From: a virus
Taxonomy: Duplodnaviria; Caudoviricetes
IMG/VR virus record: IMGVR_UViG_3300021181_000004
Length of the DNA: 64,000 nt
Strand: one strand, 5' to 3'
Made by a program: the position numbers and the translations under genes. Within the stretch, counting starts at the first letter, position 1. Each line of letters begins with the position of its first letter. Shown piece by piece: positions 18,416 through 28,375 of this stretch. The notes below the pieces were generated by a model. The model searched no databases. It was not told where the DNA came from and worked only from the letters and a program-made list of their open reading frames with translations.

Positions 18416-19805
18416 CAGCTATAAGGTTGGTCACTGGAGATTCATTGTCCCGGGAACTACGGAGATGCTCTACTACTACGAAGCTCGTGGCGGCGAGTAT
18501 CCATACACTGTACTATTTGATCTCCAAGGAAACATTCAACGCAACATCGAAGGTCGTTTCGCCACTCTAACTGATGTTGAGGAGGCAGAATTTAAGGCGG
18601 GTCTCCATTTTGGCACGGATCGTGCTTTCAATAAAGAGGGCTGGCGCCACGTCATCAACAAGCATGGCGGTCACCTACCTTTGGATATCCGCGCTGTGAA
18701 AGAAGGCATTCCTGTAGAAGTGAAGAACGTTATGTGGACAATGAAGAACTCATGCCCTGATTGTGCTTGGGTTCCTGGTTGGACAGAAACAATTCTGGAG
18801 CATACCTGGTACGGCTCCGGCGTTGTCACCAAATCTCGGTATTCCAAAGAAATGATTGCTGAATTTCTTTCGGGTACAGCAGATGATTTTTCTACTTTGC
18901 CTTTTCAGCTGCATGACTTCGGTGGTCGCGGCGTCACTTGTGATCTACAAATGGGCATCGGGGCAGCGGCTCATTTAGTCAATTTCCAAGGCACTGATAC
19001 ATTGCCTGGTCTAGACTACATTGAGCAGTTTTATGGGTTTGGAATCGAAAACGAAATGCCCGGCTTTTCTGTATTCGCTACAGAGCATTCTGTCACTACA
19101 ATGTGGAAACGGGAGTATGAATCCCAGTTTGTAGAGAACGCTTTGAATGAGGTTCCGTCGGGAATTCTTTCTTTGGTTGGAGATAGCTATGATATCTTCA
19201 ACTTCACGGCTAATATCATCGGCGGGACTTACCGCGAACGCATTCGCAATCGAGATGGTAAGGTTGTTGTTCGCCCCGACTCAGGTGATTCAGTTGCAGT
19301 AACACTTCGAGTACTTGACATTTTGGCAGAGAAATTTGGCATTCGTGAGAATGACAAAGGTTACAAGGTTCTCCCGCCCTGTGTAGGTGTGCTGTGGGGA
19401 GATGGCATTGATCACTATGGCATTCGAAAAATTTTGCAGGCCATGAAGGACGCCAAGTGGTCCGCATCTAACATTGTCTTCGGTATGGGCGGAGGGTTGC
19501 TTCAGAAGATTAACCGCGATACGCAGAAGGTTGCTATTAAATGCTGTAATGCGGTAGTCAACGGCGGCCAAGTTGAGATTTGGAAAGACCCCGTTACTGA
19601 CCCAGGTAAGGCTTCTAAGCGAGGACGCTTGGCACTTCTGGAAGATTCGAATGACCAATATCGCACGGTGCAATACAAGGATGAAAGGGCGGGTTGCCCA
19701 TTTGATCTCCTTGAGCCAGTTTTTCTTAATGGTGAATTATTAAGATTTCAGAAGTTCCCGGAGATTCGTAAGCTGGCGGAGGTTGTTCTTCCTGTTTACG
19801 TATAG
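18375..19805 (+). CDS. nadV: Nicotinamide phosphoribosyltransferase
   Basis: KTDSYK, LHDFGGRG, AHLVNFQGTD, ATEHS, DSYD, RPDSGD, GDG, FGMGGGLLQK, SKRG. Confidence 0.95.
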   Translation: MPRPFQPRPLHKTDSYKVGHWRFIVPGTTEMLYYYEARGGEYPYTVLFDLQGNIQRNIEGRFATLTDVEEAEFKAGLHFGTDRAFNKEGWRHVINKHGGHLPLDIRAVKEGIPVEVKNVMWTMKNSCPDCAWVPGWTETILEHTWYGSGVVTKSRYSKEMIAEFLSGTADDFSTLPFQLHDFGGRGVTCDLQMGIGAAAHLVNFQGTDTLPGLDYIEQFYGFGIENEMPGFSVFATEHSVTTMWKREYESQFVENALNEVPSGILSLVGDSYDIFNFTANIIGGTYRERIRNRDGKVVVRPDSGDSVAVTLRVLDILAEKFGIRENDKGYKVLPPCVGVLWGDGIDHYGIRKILQAMKDAKWSASNIVFGMGGGLLQKINRDTQKVAIKCCNAVVNGGQVEIWKDPVTDPGKASKRGRLALLEDSNDQYRTVQYKDERAGCPFDLLEPVFLNGELLRFQKFPEIRKLAEVVLPVYV

Positions 19806-19832
19806 CTGTTCGTACTCCACCTATCGTAGATT
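19803..19832 (+). promoter_or_regulatory. TACCCG-N17-GTAGWAT class promoter
   Basis: TAGCTG-N17-GTAGATT. Confidence 0.45.
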
Positions 19833-19847
19833 GTGAGTGGAGGGAAT

Positions 19848-20051
19848 ATGATTAAGAAAATCAGGAAGTTGAACGCACGTAAGCAGATGAAATTCGTCCG
19901 TAGACCTTCAACGCCCAGAACGGACTGGAGAGATCTAGGTGAAGGTTTTGGATGGCGAGCCTTTGTAACGGAACGAAATCCCGAACCCGAGGGTGTAGAA
20001 TGCCCTCAACCAGAAAAGCTCGATTTGTGGGCGGAAACTCTTTGGGTGTAG
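19848..20051 (+). CDS. Hypothetical protein
   Basis: GGAGG RBS. Confidence 0.55.
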   Translation: MIKKIRKLNARKQMKFVRRPSTPRTDWRDLGEGFGWRAFVTERNPEPEGVECPQPEKLDLWAETLWV

Positions 20052-20066
20052 TATTGAACTGGTATT

Positions 20067-20510
20067 ATGCCCCCAATTTCTAACCCCAACGCTCGCCAAA
20101 TCGGTGGTACCCATTACAATCAGGTCTCAATTCAACATTGGGACCTTGTTCTAACCAATCGCCTTCCTTATCTTGAAGCACAAGCCACCAAATATGTGAC
20201 TCGTTGGAAAAAGAAGAATCAGGCTGTCGCCGATATCGATAAGTCGCAGCACTATCTAGAGAAGCTGATTGTTTCTATTCAAGAAGGCTTCTTGCCGATG
20301 CCCACTCCAGAGTTTACATCATGCGGGTCTCCTAGAGTGCCATTGACAAACCTGGATGAATTCGCTTCTCAAAACAAGATCGGCGATGTTGAAAAGACAA
20401 TCTTCTACCTTCTCTTGACTTACACTACAATGGATGAACTTGAAAGGATACGCATACTTCTTGCTCATCTCATGATAGAGGCAAAAGAATTTGAAGCATC
20501 TCTGGTATGA
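20067..20510 (+). CDS. DUF3310-like phage protein
   Basis: QIGGTHY...KYVTRWKKKN...DIDKSQHYLEKLI. Confidence 0.75.
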   Translation: MPPISNPNARQIGGTHYNQVSIQHWDLVLTNRLPYLEAQATKYVTRWKKKNQAVADIDKSQHYLEKLIVSIQEGFLPMPTPEFTSCGSPRVPLTNLDEFASQNKIGDVEKTIFYLLLTYTTMDELERIRILLAHLMIEAKEFEASLV

Positions 20511-20522
20511 ACTGGTAGCCGT

Positions 20523-20666
20523 ATGAAGATGATCTGCCCAGCTTGTAAGAAGATTATGGAACGAGACCCTAGAACTTCTTCATTTACTAAGAAAAATCAT
20601 GTTAGGTCGTTCTGTGAAACTACAGGTAAATCAGTATGGCTAAAGCCAGTACGAAAGGCAGTATGA
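20523..20666 (+). CDS. Small zinc-finger-like protein (47 aa)
   Basis: MKMICPACKK...FCETTG. Confidence 0.45.
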   Translation: MKMICPACKKIMERDPRTSSFTKKNHVRSFCETTGKSVWLKPVRKAV

Positions 20667-20950
20667 ATATTCTAGAATTTCTCCTTCTCCTTGAATCCAC
20701 TGTCCCTCCCCCATTAAATTGTCATCACGTAATACTTGCCGCAAAATATGGCAGTGATAAAGAAGGTTGGAATAACCGTCTCGCCGTTCAAATCAATGTG
20801 AATGGCAAGTTTCAATGCTTCTTTCTGGATGACGCGGATCTTGCAACAGAAGCGGCAGTATTAGTGAGTAGGATCACTATGCTGTTGACAGGCACTGTTC
20901 TGGCAACTAAAATTCAATACAGCAGAGAAGCAAGTTCGTTTGTGGAATAA
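20663..20950 (+). CDS. Hypothetical protein
   Basis: ATGA coupling with upstream ORF. Confidence 0.55.
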   Translation: MNILEFLLLLESTVPPPLNCHHVILAAKYGSDKEGWNNRLAVQINVNGKFQCFFLDDADLATEAAVLVSRITMLLTGTVLATKIQYSREASSFVE

Positions 20951-20953
20951 TCT

Positions 20954-21229
20954 ATGCCCTACACTGAACCTCAAGATCGTGTTAAGGTTGATGAATTGAT
21001 TGCGGGTGCCGTTTCTCACACTGGTGATTGGTCCGCTGGGGATCTTACCTACGGGTTGACAAAACTAGTCGTGGCTTGGATCAAAAGCCATGGTAAGAAG
21101 TACCTGAATCTAGCCATCGTTATGGGCTGCCTCTTTTGTACGGCCTTTGAACTTTATCGCCGAGTGATTGCGCCATACGAGGATAAAAAGCGCCAAGATA
21201 ATGGCGATGTTTATGGTGACATTCTCTAA
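20954..21229 (+). CDS. Conserved phage protein (DUF6899-like)
   Basis: MPY...R...GDLTY...ELYRRVIAPYEDKK..NGDVY. Confidence 0.7.
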   Translation: MPYTEPQDRVKVDELIAGAVSHTGDWSAGDLTYGLTKLVVAWIKSHGKKYLNLAIVMGCLFCTAFELYRRVIAPYEDKKRQDNGDVYGDIL

Positions 21230-21829
21230 ATGAGTGTCATCTATGGTTTTCGCGGCGCAAATGGTTCTGGTAAATCGACTCTTGTCCGTCAACTCATGAA
21301 GCATATTGGCGTTGTAGCTGATCTTACAGAGCCCTCCGGTAAGGTCTGGGGGTACGAACTCCAGAACAACATCCGTGTCTTGGGTCGATATGAAACTCAA
21401 TGCGGCGGTGTGGATGCCATAAAAGAAGTTCGTGTACCCGGTCAGTCCGGATTTGTAAACACTCGAAAGGGAATTACACTCCTTGCCTCTCTAGGGCATG
21501 TCATTTTTGAAGGAGTGCTATGGTCAACCGTTTTCAAGAGTAGCGACCTCATCGCTCGGGCGCTCCCTCAACATCATTTTATCTTTGCCATGCTAGATAC
21601 CCCGGCTGAAGTTTGCATTGAACGAGTGCGGGCAAGACGGTTGGAAAAAGGCAATCATAAACCCTTCAACCCACGAGAGCTATTGTCGAAGGTGGAACAG
21701 ATCCGAAGACGACAAGAAGATTTGAAGAAAGCTGGGTATGATACTCGGACGATACCGTATCAGTCGGCTTTATCTACGGTATGCGGTTGGCTTGCTGAGG
21801 AAGGTGTGTTAATCCAACCGCCAGTTTGA
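21230..21829 (+). CDS. P-loop kinase resembling 5-hydroxymethyluracil DNA kinases
   Basis: RGANGSGKS, GRYETQCGGVD, IFEG, LDTP..C..RV..RR..G..KPFNP. Confidence 0.55.
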   Translation: MSVIYGFRGANGSGKSTLVRQLMKHIGVVADLTEPSGKVWGYELQNNIRVLGRYETQCGGVDAIKEVRVPGQSGFVNTRKGITLLASLGHVIFEGVLWSTVFKSSDLIARALPQHHFIFAMLDTPAEVCIERVRARRLEKGNHKPFNPRELLSKVEQIRRRQEDLKKAGYDTRTIPYQSALSTVCGWLAEEGVLIQPPV

Positions 21830-22401
21830 GACGGAAGTAGGTTTGTGCTTTCCCAAGATTTTACAACCTTCAGCGCCCAATTGATAAGCTGCTCATGCCC
21901 TTCGTCGTTTCCTTTGATTTCCAAGTTGAAAGGCTTACCAATTATTTCTCGAATCTTTGGTTCTAAGGCAGCTGCCTGCTCTTCTGTTTCTCGACGTTCT
22001 CCAGCGCGATAGGCATGTGCGCGCTGGATAAAGACGTTGTAAGTACCATGGCCATTCAAATGGTAATAGGTTGCGCAATTTTCTAGAAGTGCTTGTAATT
22101 CTTTATGGTAGGGAAGATGCTCAGAGTACAGAGAACCCTGCTGAAAAGGGCATTCTGCGATTGCAATATCAACCCTAAATCGTTCAAGCCGTTTCACACG
22201 CTCGAATTGCAAAGCACTAATAAGAAACTGATTGTCATCCAGTTGACAGGTGGATTGACTGTACATGTGCTCTCGAGCTTGTTCCCCAACTAATTCAACA
22301 TGGTAGTGAGCTTTTTTAAAAGCAAGGAAAAGGGCTGCGGCGGCAGTTGTTTTCCCACCTCCCGGTGGAGACCACAAGTTAAAAAGTAGCATGAAACCCA
22401 A
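21760..22401 (-). CDS. AAA_28 / NadR-like P-loop kinase
   Basis: LWSPPGGGKTT..ELVGEQARE..Q..RVKRL..VDIAIAECP. Confidence 0.75.
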   Translation of the reverse strand: MGFMLLFNLWSPPGGGKTTAAAALFLAFKKAHYHVELVGEQAREHMYSQSTCQLDDNQFLISALQFERVKRLERFRVDIAIAECPFQQGSLYSEHLPYHKELQALLENCATYYHLNGHGTYNVFIQRAHAYRAGERRETEEQAAALEPKIREIIGKPFNLEIKGNDEGHEQLINWALKVVKSWESTNLLPSQTGGWINTPSSASQPHTVDKAD

Positions 22402-22432
22402 TACCGGAATCTTCTACAGGAGCAATTTTTAA

Positions 22433-23359
22433 ATGGTAACTCTTACTAATGGGAAGACCCTCCAAGCGGGGGATCTTGATATCTGCGTTCGAGGTGCAGA
22501 CGGATCCATGATCGATCCCGCAGCGATTACTTACAGCATCTTCCAAATTGATAAGCAGATTCCCGTTCGCCCCACTCTAGCATACTCTTACGACCAGATG
22601 CAGCCGGACAAACTATCATCGCATTCGGTAAACCCTGAATCCACATTGGTTTACGGGCCAATGCAAGTTCCCACTCGCTCTTCGCAGGGATGTTACTATG
22701 TTCCTATCACTGTCCCAACAACATGGCATGGTGTCTTTCGTCTTGTCTGGTATCTGACGCAGTATGCAGGTGGTCAGCAGAACATGGTTCATGAAGAATT
22801 CGCGGTTGAAAATGTTGACCCAACTTCCATGAGTTTTGAGGCTCCCTCCGTCCAGATGGCAAAGGCTCCGCGCACTACTCACAAATACACGAAAGCGATT
22901 ATGTATGTGCGGGAACTACTTTCAGATGATAACCCGGATCGAAACTATCACTTTCGTCCCCCAACTCCGAGTAAGGTGGTTGCGGGTTATACGACTCGTG
23001 TGGGGTATATCTGGACGGATCAGACGATTATTCGTATGTTGGAGATGTCGATACAGGACTTGAATACGTGGAATCCAATGAACTTAACAGCCTACACGTT
23101 GGATACTCTTCCTTTAAATTGGAGTTCAGCAGCGGCAACAGGTGCAGCGGCGAAGTGTTTGAATCGGGAAGGCGCTCGTTGGGCGGCGGATGAATTCAGT
23201 TTTTCGTTGAACGGTGTCAGTTTGGATATCAATAAGGCTGCACTCTATCAGGGAATGGGTGCTCAGTACCGGGCAGAATTTTCAGAAATGGCCCCGTTAG
23301 TCACAGCTAACCGCCCTGGATCCGTGGGTTTACGTCAGCAACGCTGGCTTTTGGGATGA
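22433..23359 (+). CDS. Virion structural protein (neck/adaptor candidate)
   Basis: Ig-like N-terminus, helical C-terminus; first gene of the structural block. Confidence 0.45.
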   Translation: MVTLTNGKTLQAGDLDICVRGADGSMIDPAAITYSIFQIDKQIPVRPTLAYSYDQMQPDKLSSHSVNPESTLVYGPMQVPTRSSQGCYYVPITVPTTWHGVFRLVWYLTQYAGGQQNMVHEEFAVENVDPTSMSFEAPSVQMAKAPRTTHKYTKAIMYVRELLSDDNPDRNYHFRPPTPSKVVAGYTTRVGYIWTDQTIIRMLEMSIQDLNTWNPMNLTAYTLDTLPLNWSSAAATGAAAKCLNREGARWAADEFSFSLNGVSLDINKAALYQGMGAQYRAEFSEMAPLVTANRPGSVGLRQQRWLLG

Positions 23360-23454
23360 TGGATTACCTGTTCCCGCTTATTTGGCCTCTGTGCAATTTG
23401 TATCATGTCCTTAGATAACTCATCAATAATCCAACTATCAGTATTATTGGTAGA

Positions 23455-25482
23455 ATGGACAAAATTCAACGGAAACAGCTTTTCTTAGAATATGCTTCCG
23501 ATTCAAAAACCTGGTACGCAAAAGTACCTACTCTAGAGCCCTGTGAACTAGGTTGTGGAAGACGAGCCGCCTTTCTCCTTAAAAACTCTTGGCTCTTCTG
23601 TTGCCAAAATTCAGCCAAGCGATGCCTCAATCCTCTGCTCACATCCAACCTTATCTGTTATGGATGTGGGCAGTCAGCTTCTTTGTTGCAAACCTGCGGA
23701 CCTGTCTGTGGGAAACTCCCAACAGGAATCCGTTGCCCCGTCGCTGCAGAAGAAAACAAACTACGCAGGAAATCCTCCGCAAAACAGCATTTTCAGGATC
23801 CTGTATTTGCCACCCAACGTCAGAAAAGGTTTGTTGCTACCATGATGAGTCGCCACGGCGCTCCGTCTGCTATGGCTTCTCCGGAACTCCGTAAGAAGAT
23901 TTCTGCAACGATCCAAGAAAAGTACGGTGCGGATTGGGCACCTAGCATCCCTGGTGTTTTCGATGCGGCTCGTCAACGTTGCCAAGACGAACATGGAGTG
24001 GATCATTGGACTAAACTAGACTCTACGAAACAAGCTCGAGCTGCAACTTGCCTAAAACAATATGGATTCTCCAATCCTGTAAAGTCCCCCATCGTGTTGA
24101 ACAAACGCAGACAGAATTGGCGCAATAAATATGGGGCAGATCACCCTCAGCAGATTAAGGCAATCACTGATCGTCGATACAAAACGTGGTTGAAAAATCA
24201 AGGCGGTTTAGTCTTTGGAAGTCCAACTTGGTGGAACAAATACCAGCCTTCCTACCAACAACGTACAGGATTTGCTCATCCCACTCAAGATCCTGAACGC
24301 ATTAGAAAATGGATGAAGACCTTCTATCCCAGTTGTTTCCGTACTAAAGAAATGGTTCTTCCTTCAGGGAACACCATCCAGTTCCAAGGGTATGAGGACA
24401 AAGCCATCAACCATTTGCTAAAGAGTTATCGTGAGAATGGCCTGCTCTGGGGAGATGAGATCCCGCAAATTACCTATGTTAAACCTGACGGGGAGCCGGG
24501 ATTGTATTTCCCTGATCTTTGTCTCGAACACGAGAAGATTCTCATAGAAGTTAAATCCACTTATACCTTGATGGAGGAGATACAACGAGGATTGCTCAGG
24601 GCCAAGTTCCAGGGAGCGTTAAAAGCAGGCTGGAATCCTCGAGTAGAAGTCTGGTCCGAGAGGGAAGATTTTCCCGTGGAGATTGACGCTAACCTGATTT
24701 GTCAGGATGACGGATTTGAGTCGTTCTCTTCCTTCATTTTAGAGTTGTGGCCAGAAGCCAAAATTTCTTTCTACGAAATAGAAGTCCCGGACATCGGCGC
24801 TATTGACTACCGCGTCCTGTACCAATTCATGAGTGGGGTGAAAAAGAAATTCAAAACTCCCCATTTTGTCGTGTTTGAAGATGAGTGGAAAACAAGACCC
24901 AATATCGTAAAAAACTTCTTGTTTTCCCTTGTTAAGTCGAAACGACAGGGAAGTCGTATCGTACCTCAATTCCTTACTCATGGTCGCCTACTCCCTGAGC
25001 ACAAAATATTCCTGCAAGAGCAGCACTACCTAGGAGCAGTAAAAACGGGAGGATTGGTGATTTCCGCCATCTGGGAAGGGAAGATTGTGGGCCTTTGGGT
25101 GTTCAAGAAGCGAAATTCTGAAACTGCGGAGTGGACTCGAGCTTGCTGGGACCACAACTTTAAGGCTTGGCAACCTCATGGTGAAGCTCTCCAGATAGCC
25201 AAGGAGAAGTTAGCGCAGCAAGGAATAAAGGAGATGGTGAGTTTCTCTGACAACCGATATCATTCAGGAAAACTCTACGAGGCTTTGGGATTTTCTAAAA
25301 CAGGTGAATTACCTCCGGATTACATGTACACCGACGGGCACGAACGCCAGCACAAATTCCGTTTTCGGGTTCCCGCAGGCGTCCCTGAGGAAGAATTCGC
25401 CGCCCGCAAAGGCTGGTACAGAATTCAAGACCTAGGGAAATTGAGATTCGGTCTAGAAACGTCGTCACCTCCAAGCAAGTAA
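23455..25482 (+). mobile_element. Free-standing putative homing endonuclease gene (repeat region + PD-(D/E)xK nuclease + Hef-like C-terminal domain)
   Basis: KYG..P repeats; YFPDLCLEHEKILIEVKSTYT; VFEDEW...SFSDNRY..GKLYEALGF. Confidence 0.7.
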
Positions 25483-25547
25483 GGCGATTAAGACCATACC
25501 TATCAATGCGATACTCTCGAGTATGAGTCTTTCTGTCTTGTAAGTCA

Positions 25548-26906
25548 TTAGTTGAATTCGACCAGATAGCGGATATTCGCTTGCGACGTACGATAGACAA
25601 TTTGCTCGTCGTTGATTACGCCAGAGCGACCCGGCTTGGCCCAGCAAGAATCATAACCGAGGCGTTTGCCGTTGCCGCTACCGCTCGGGATGTACTCCTT
25701 GCCCATCGCCACGTCAACCATGAACATGTAGCAGTTCTTGTCACGCGACCCGCCGTCCCAGTAGCCGTATGCATAATTTAAACTTTTTGTGCTCATCGCG
25801 GAGAAGTAGAGACCAGTCCCATACATCGCCCCTGTGGTTTGAACCGTGCTCAATTCGGTGGGCAAAACAAATCCACGTTTCAAAATCGAAAGCACATTGA
25901 ACATGCGAGTGCCATGCCACAAAGATTTGATGTTACCAACCTTCTTACCGTCAGCATTAAAGGCCGCTTCCATGTGCGGGATGCGAACTTCGTATACACG
26001 AACCGGGCGAAGATGTGAGCACTCGTGACGTCCTTTGCTGTCGTAGTACATCCGCTCGATTTTGGAGATCACGTTGCGATCGTCGACCAGTTTCAATTCG
26101 CAGTTGAAAGTCTGAGCCAGTGGTTTCGCATTCACCTTGTTGACGTTGTTGATCGCGTCAGTCTGGCGCTGGTTGGCGATTTCGATAGAAGATTCTAACT
26201 GGTCTAGCAACTGAGTCTGCTTGTCCAATTGAATAAAATTCGTGTGCCATCCGCGCTTAAAGCCAACTTTCTGAGGAACATTACGAAGATAGTTGCCTAA
26301 CAATTGCTGATAGGAGAGGTCTTCAGTTCGGCCCGATCTTACATATGGGGCCATTTGATCCAGGTACTTACGAGCAGCTTTTACAGCTTCGATGGTCACA
26401 ACGCCAAGAGCCGTGCGAACGATACCTGTTTCGAGGTCAATGTCCAACTCGCCGCCTGATGCCACCAACAATTCATGACGGTTGGCTTTGGCCAATTTCT
26501 TCACTAAGGCAGATGTAATGGGGCATTTTCCACCGATTTCAGCAACCGCAACACGCTTCACTTCTTCTTTCGCCATCTGCTTGGGGGCGACGGAGCCTTG
26601 TGATCCACCAACGGTGGTGATTAACGTGTAGCTCGGGCCATCCTTTTTGTTGGTTTTTTCACGAATCTTTGAAGCCAGGGTTTTCTCATTGAACATTTCT
26701 ACTTTTGATTCGGGTTTATCCGCTCCCACACGGCCCCAAGTAAAGCGGATATCACCTGTCAGCATCTTGCCCTTGCTCATTTCGGATACAGGAGTGCTCA
26801 AGCGTTCGTACTTCCACCACTTGTTGTTATTATTTGCTGGATCGACAGCGACATACATCTTTGTCTCGATGACTTTTACCTCGGGGGCTGTGGCCGTAGC
26901 TGTCAT
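25548..26906 (-). CDS. Poly(ADP-ribose) polymerase: WGR + regulatory helical + catalytic domain
   Basis: NNKWW..FTWGRVG; LGVVTIEAV..NYLRNVPQKVG; LWHGT, GLYFS, KSLNY, VDVAMG, NDEQIVY (H-Y-E). Confidence 0.9.
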   Translation of the reverse strand: MTATATAPEVKVIETKMYVAVDPANNNNKWWKYERLSTPVSEMSKGKMLTGDIRFTWGRVGADKPESKVEMFNEKTLASKIREKTNKKDGPSYTLITTVGGSQGSVAPKQMAKEEVKRVAVAEIGGKCPITSALVKKLAKANRHELLVASGGELDIDLETGIVRTALGVVTIEAVKAARKYLDQMAPYVRSGRTEDLSYQQLLGNYLRNVPQKVGFKRGWHTNFIQLDKQTQLLDQLESSIEIANQRQTDAINNVNKVNAKPLAQTFNCELKLVDDRNVISKIERMYYDSKGRHECSHLRPVRVYEVRIPHMEAAFNADGKKVGNIKSLWHGTRMFNVLSILKRGFVLPTELSTVQTTGAMYGTGLYFSAMSTKSLNYAYGYWDGGSRDKNCYMFMVDVAMGKEYIPSGSGNGKRLGYDSCWAKPGRSGVINDEQIVYRTSQANIRYLVEFN

Positions 26907-26912
26907 GTAATT

Positions 26913-26942
26913 ATTCTACTGGATCTAAACGAAATTCAGCTA
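26913..26942 (-). promoter_or_regulatory. TACCCG-N17-GTAGWAT class promoter for PARP
   Basis: TAGCTG-N17-GTAGAAT on minus strand. Confidence 0.5.
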
Positions 26943-26962
26943 ACTTTTCGATCCTTTATTAG
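26942..26962 (+). promoter_or_regulatory. Candidate late promoter (ACTT-N11-WTAG)
   Basis: AACTTTTCGATCCTTTATTAG just before ATG 26965. Confidence 0.4.
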
Positions 26963-26964
26963 CC

Positions 26965-28323
26965 ATGGTACAAAGTCTCCTCATTTTTAATAGCAGTTTT
27001 GTCGGAAGTCGGGATTTGTGGTGGGTGGACTCTCCTGATGCGATTAAGGGCTACAATGTGTATCGGTCCCACGATGCACCGAATCCTGCTCCAAATCAAT
27101 TTTCCCCTTACGGGCCGCCCTCTCAGCTAGAGTTGGGGCAGGTACATTGGGAACTTTTAAACAAGACAGGCCCAATTCAAGGCCATTTCTATCGTGATAT
27201 GACAACCTTGGAAACGGTTTCTTACACAGTCGGGCCAAATGAGTTTGTTGAGCAGCAGCAATTTGGGCGATTTGGCATTCATCTTCGGGGTATCCCCTAT
27301 AGTGAAGTTGTCACTGGACGTCCCATGGTTGCCATTAGCCCAGACGATGTCACAGTTACTATTGACGGCGTTCCCCATCGTCCTGCTGAAGTACAGGGAA
27401 TGGATCAAGCTGTATGGTTGAAGATGGATAACACGATCATTCCTGGTGGTCCAGATGTGGCATTAGCTGATGTGAGTAACGGCATTGTCTGGAAAGCAGA
27501 TTATACGGGAACGGTGGGCTCGCCGCCTAAACTTCATGTATTCCAAGTGACTTATCAGAAGCTGGTGAACTATGTAGATGTCTATACAAGTTTAACCCGT
27601 GCTTGGTATACCGTAGTTCCAGTAGGCGACAAGGGTGAATGCCATAAACCTGGTGCCCAGAATACTCAGGTTGTTAACACTCAACAGATTGAAAACCTGA
27701 CATGGGAGTGGGCTGAAGCGGTCCGGCGTAATCAATGGGTCTTCGAAATGGAAGGTGAACCTGCTCGGATTCTGCTTCGTAAGAGTCGTGGGGAAATTTG
27801 CGGCTGCCGTGGAAGTGATACAGGCAATCAGCAACCTCGTACAGCCTGCCCTATTTGTTATGAAACAGGATGGATTGGTGGTTATATCGGGCCGTATGAT
27901 ATCGTCTTTGTTCCACCGGATACAGCTCTAATTCGAGAATTGAACGAGGGTGGTGTTAAGGCTACGCGCACGTCGCGTTCCTATTTAACGGTCACCCCGA
28001 TTGTTCAGTCTGGGGATATTGTTGTGCGTCGGAATGGAGAGCGTTTGGTTATTGGTAATGTAACCACAAAATCCACTCGTGGAATTATTTTACAACAAGA
28101 GTTTGATGTTGAGCTACGTCCTTTAAAAGATACAATTTATCTGATCCCTGTGGATCAACAACTGCCTGTAGTGTACAACCCGGTGGTTCAAAACAACCCA
28201 GTTCAGGGTATTGGGAATGGCGAGGGTGTTGTAGATCCCCGACAAACTACCCCAGATAAACCATTAGAGAATCCGAATTTGGGGATTGGGAGAACACCGA
28301 CTTGGGCAAAAATTCAAAACTGA
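26965..28323 (+). CDS. Virion structural protein (neck / head-tail connector candidate)
   Basis: CxC..CPIC zinc ribbon followed by beta-barrel-like region VQSGDIVVRRNGER. Confidence 0.5.
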   Translation: MVQSLLIFNSSFVGSRDLWWVDSPDAIKGYNVYRSHDAPNPAPNQFSPYGPPSQLELGQVHWELLNKTGPIQGHFYRDMTTLETVSYTVGPNEFVEQQQFGRFGIHLRGIPYSEVVTGRPMVAISPDDVTVTIDGVPHRPAEVQGMDQAVWLKMDNTIIPGGPDVALADVSNGIVWKADYTGTVGSPPKLHVFQVTYQKLVNYVDVYTSLTRAWYTVVPVGDKGECHKPGAQNTQVVNTQQIENLTWEWAEAVRRNQWVFEMEGEPARILLRKSRGEICGCRGSDTGNQQPRTACPICYETGWIGGYIGPYDIVFVPPDTALIRELNEGGVKATRTSRSYLTVTPIVQSGDIVVRRNGERLVIGNVTTKSTRGIILQQEFDVELRPLKDTIYLIPVDQQLPVVYNPVVQNNPVQGIGNGEGVVDPRQTTPDKPLENPNLGIGRTPTWAKIQN

Positions 28324-28375
28324 CTCGATACATTACAGCAAAATCAACTACCACACGCAATTTAGAGAGGTAAAC

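Noticed and set aside
7575-20060. Separate AGTATT upstream motif
   Set aside because: Mostly the TAGTAT -10 half of the TACCCG class or generic AT-rich sequence; no independent spacing rule found.
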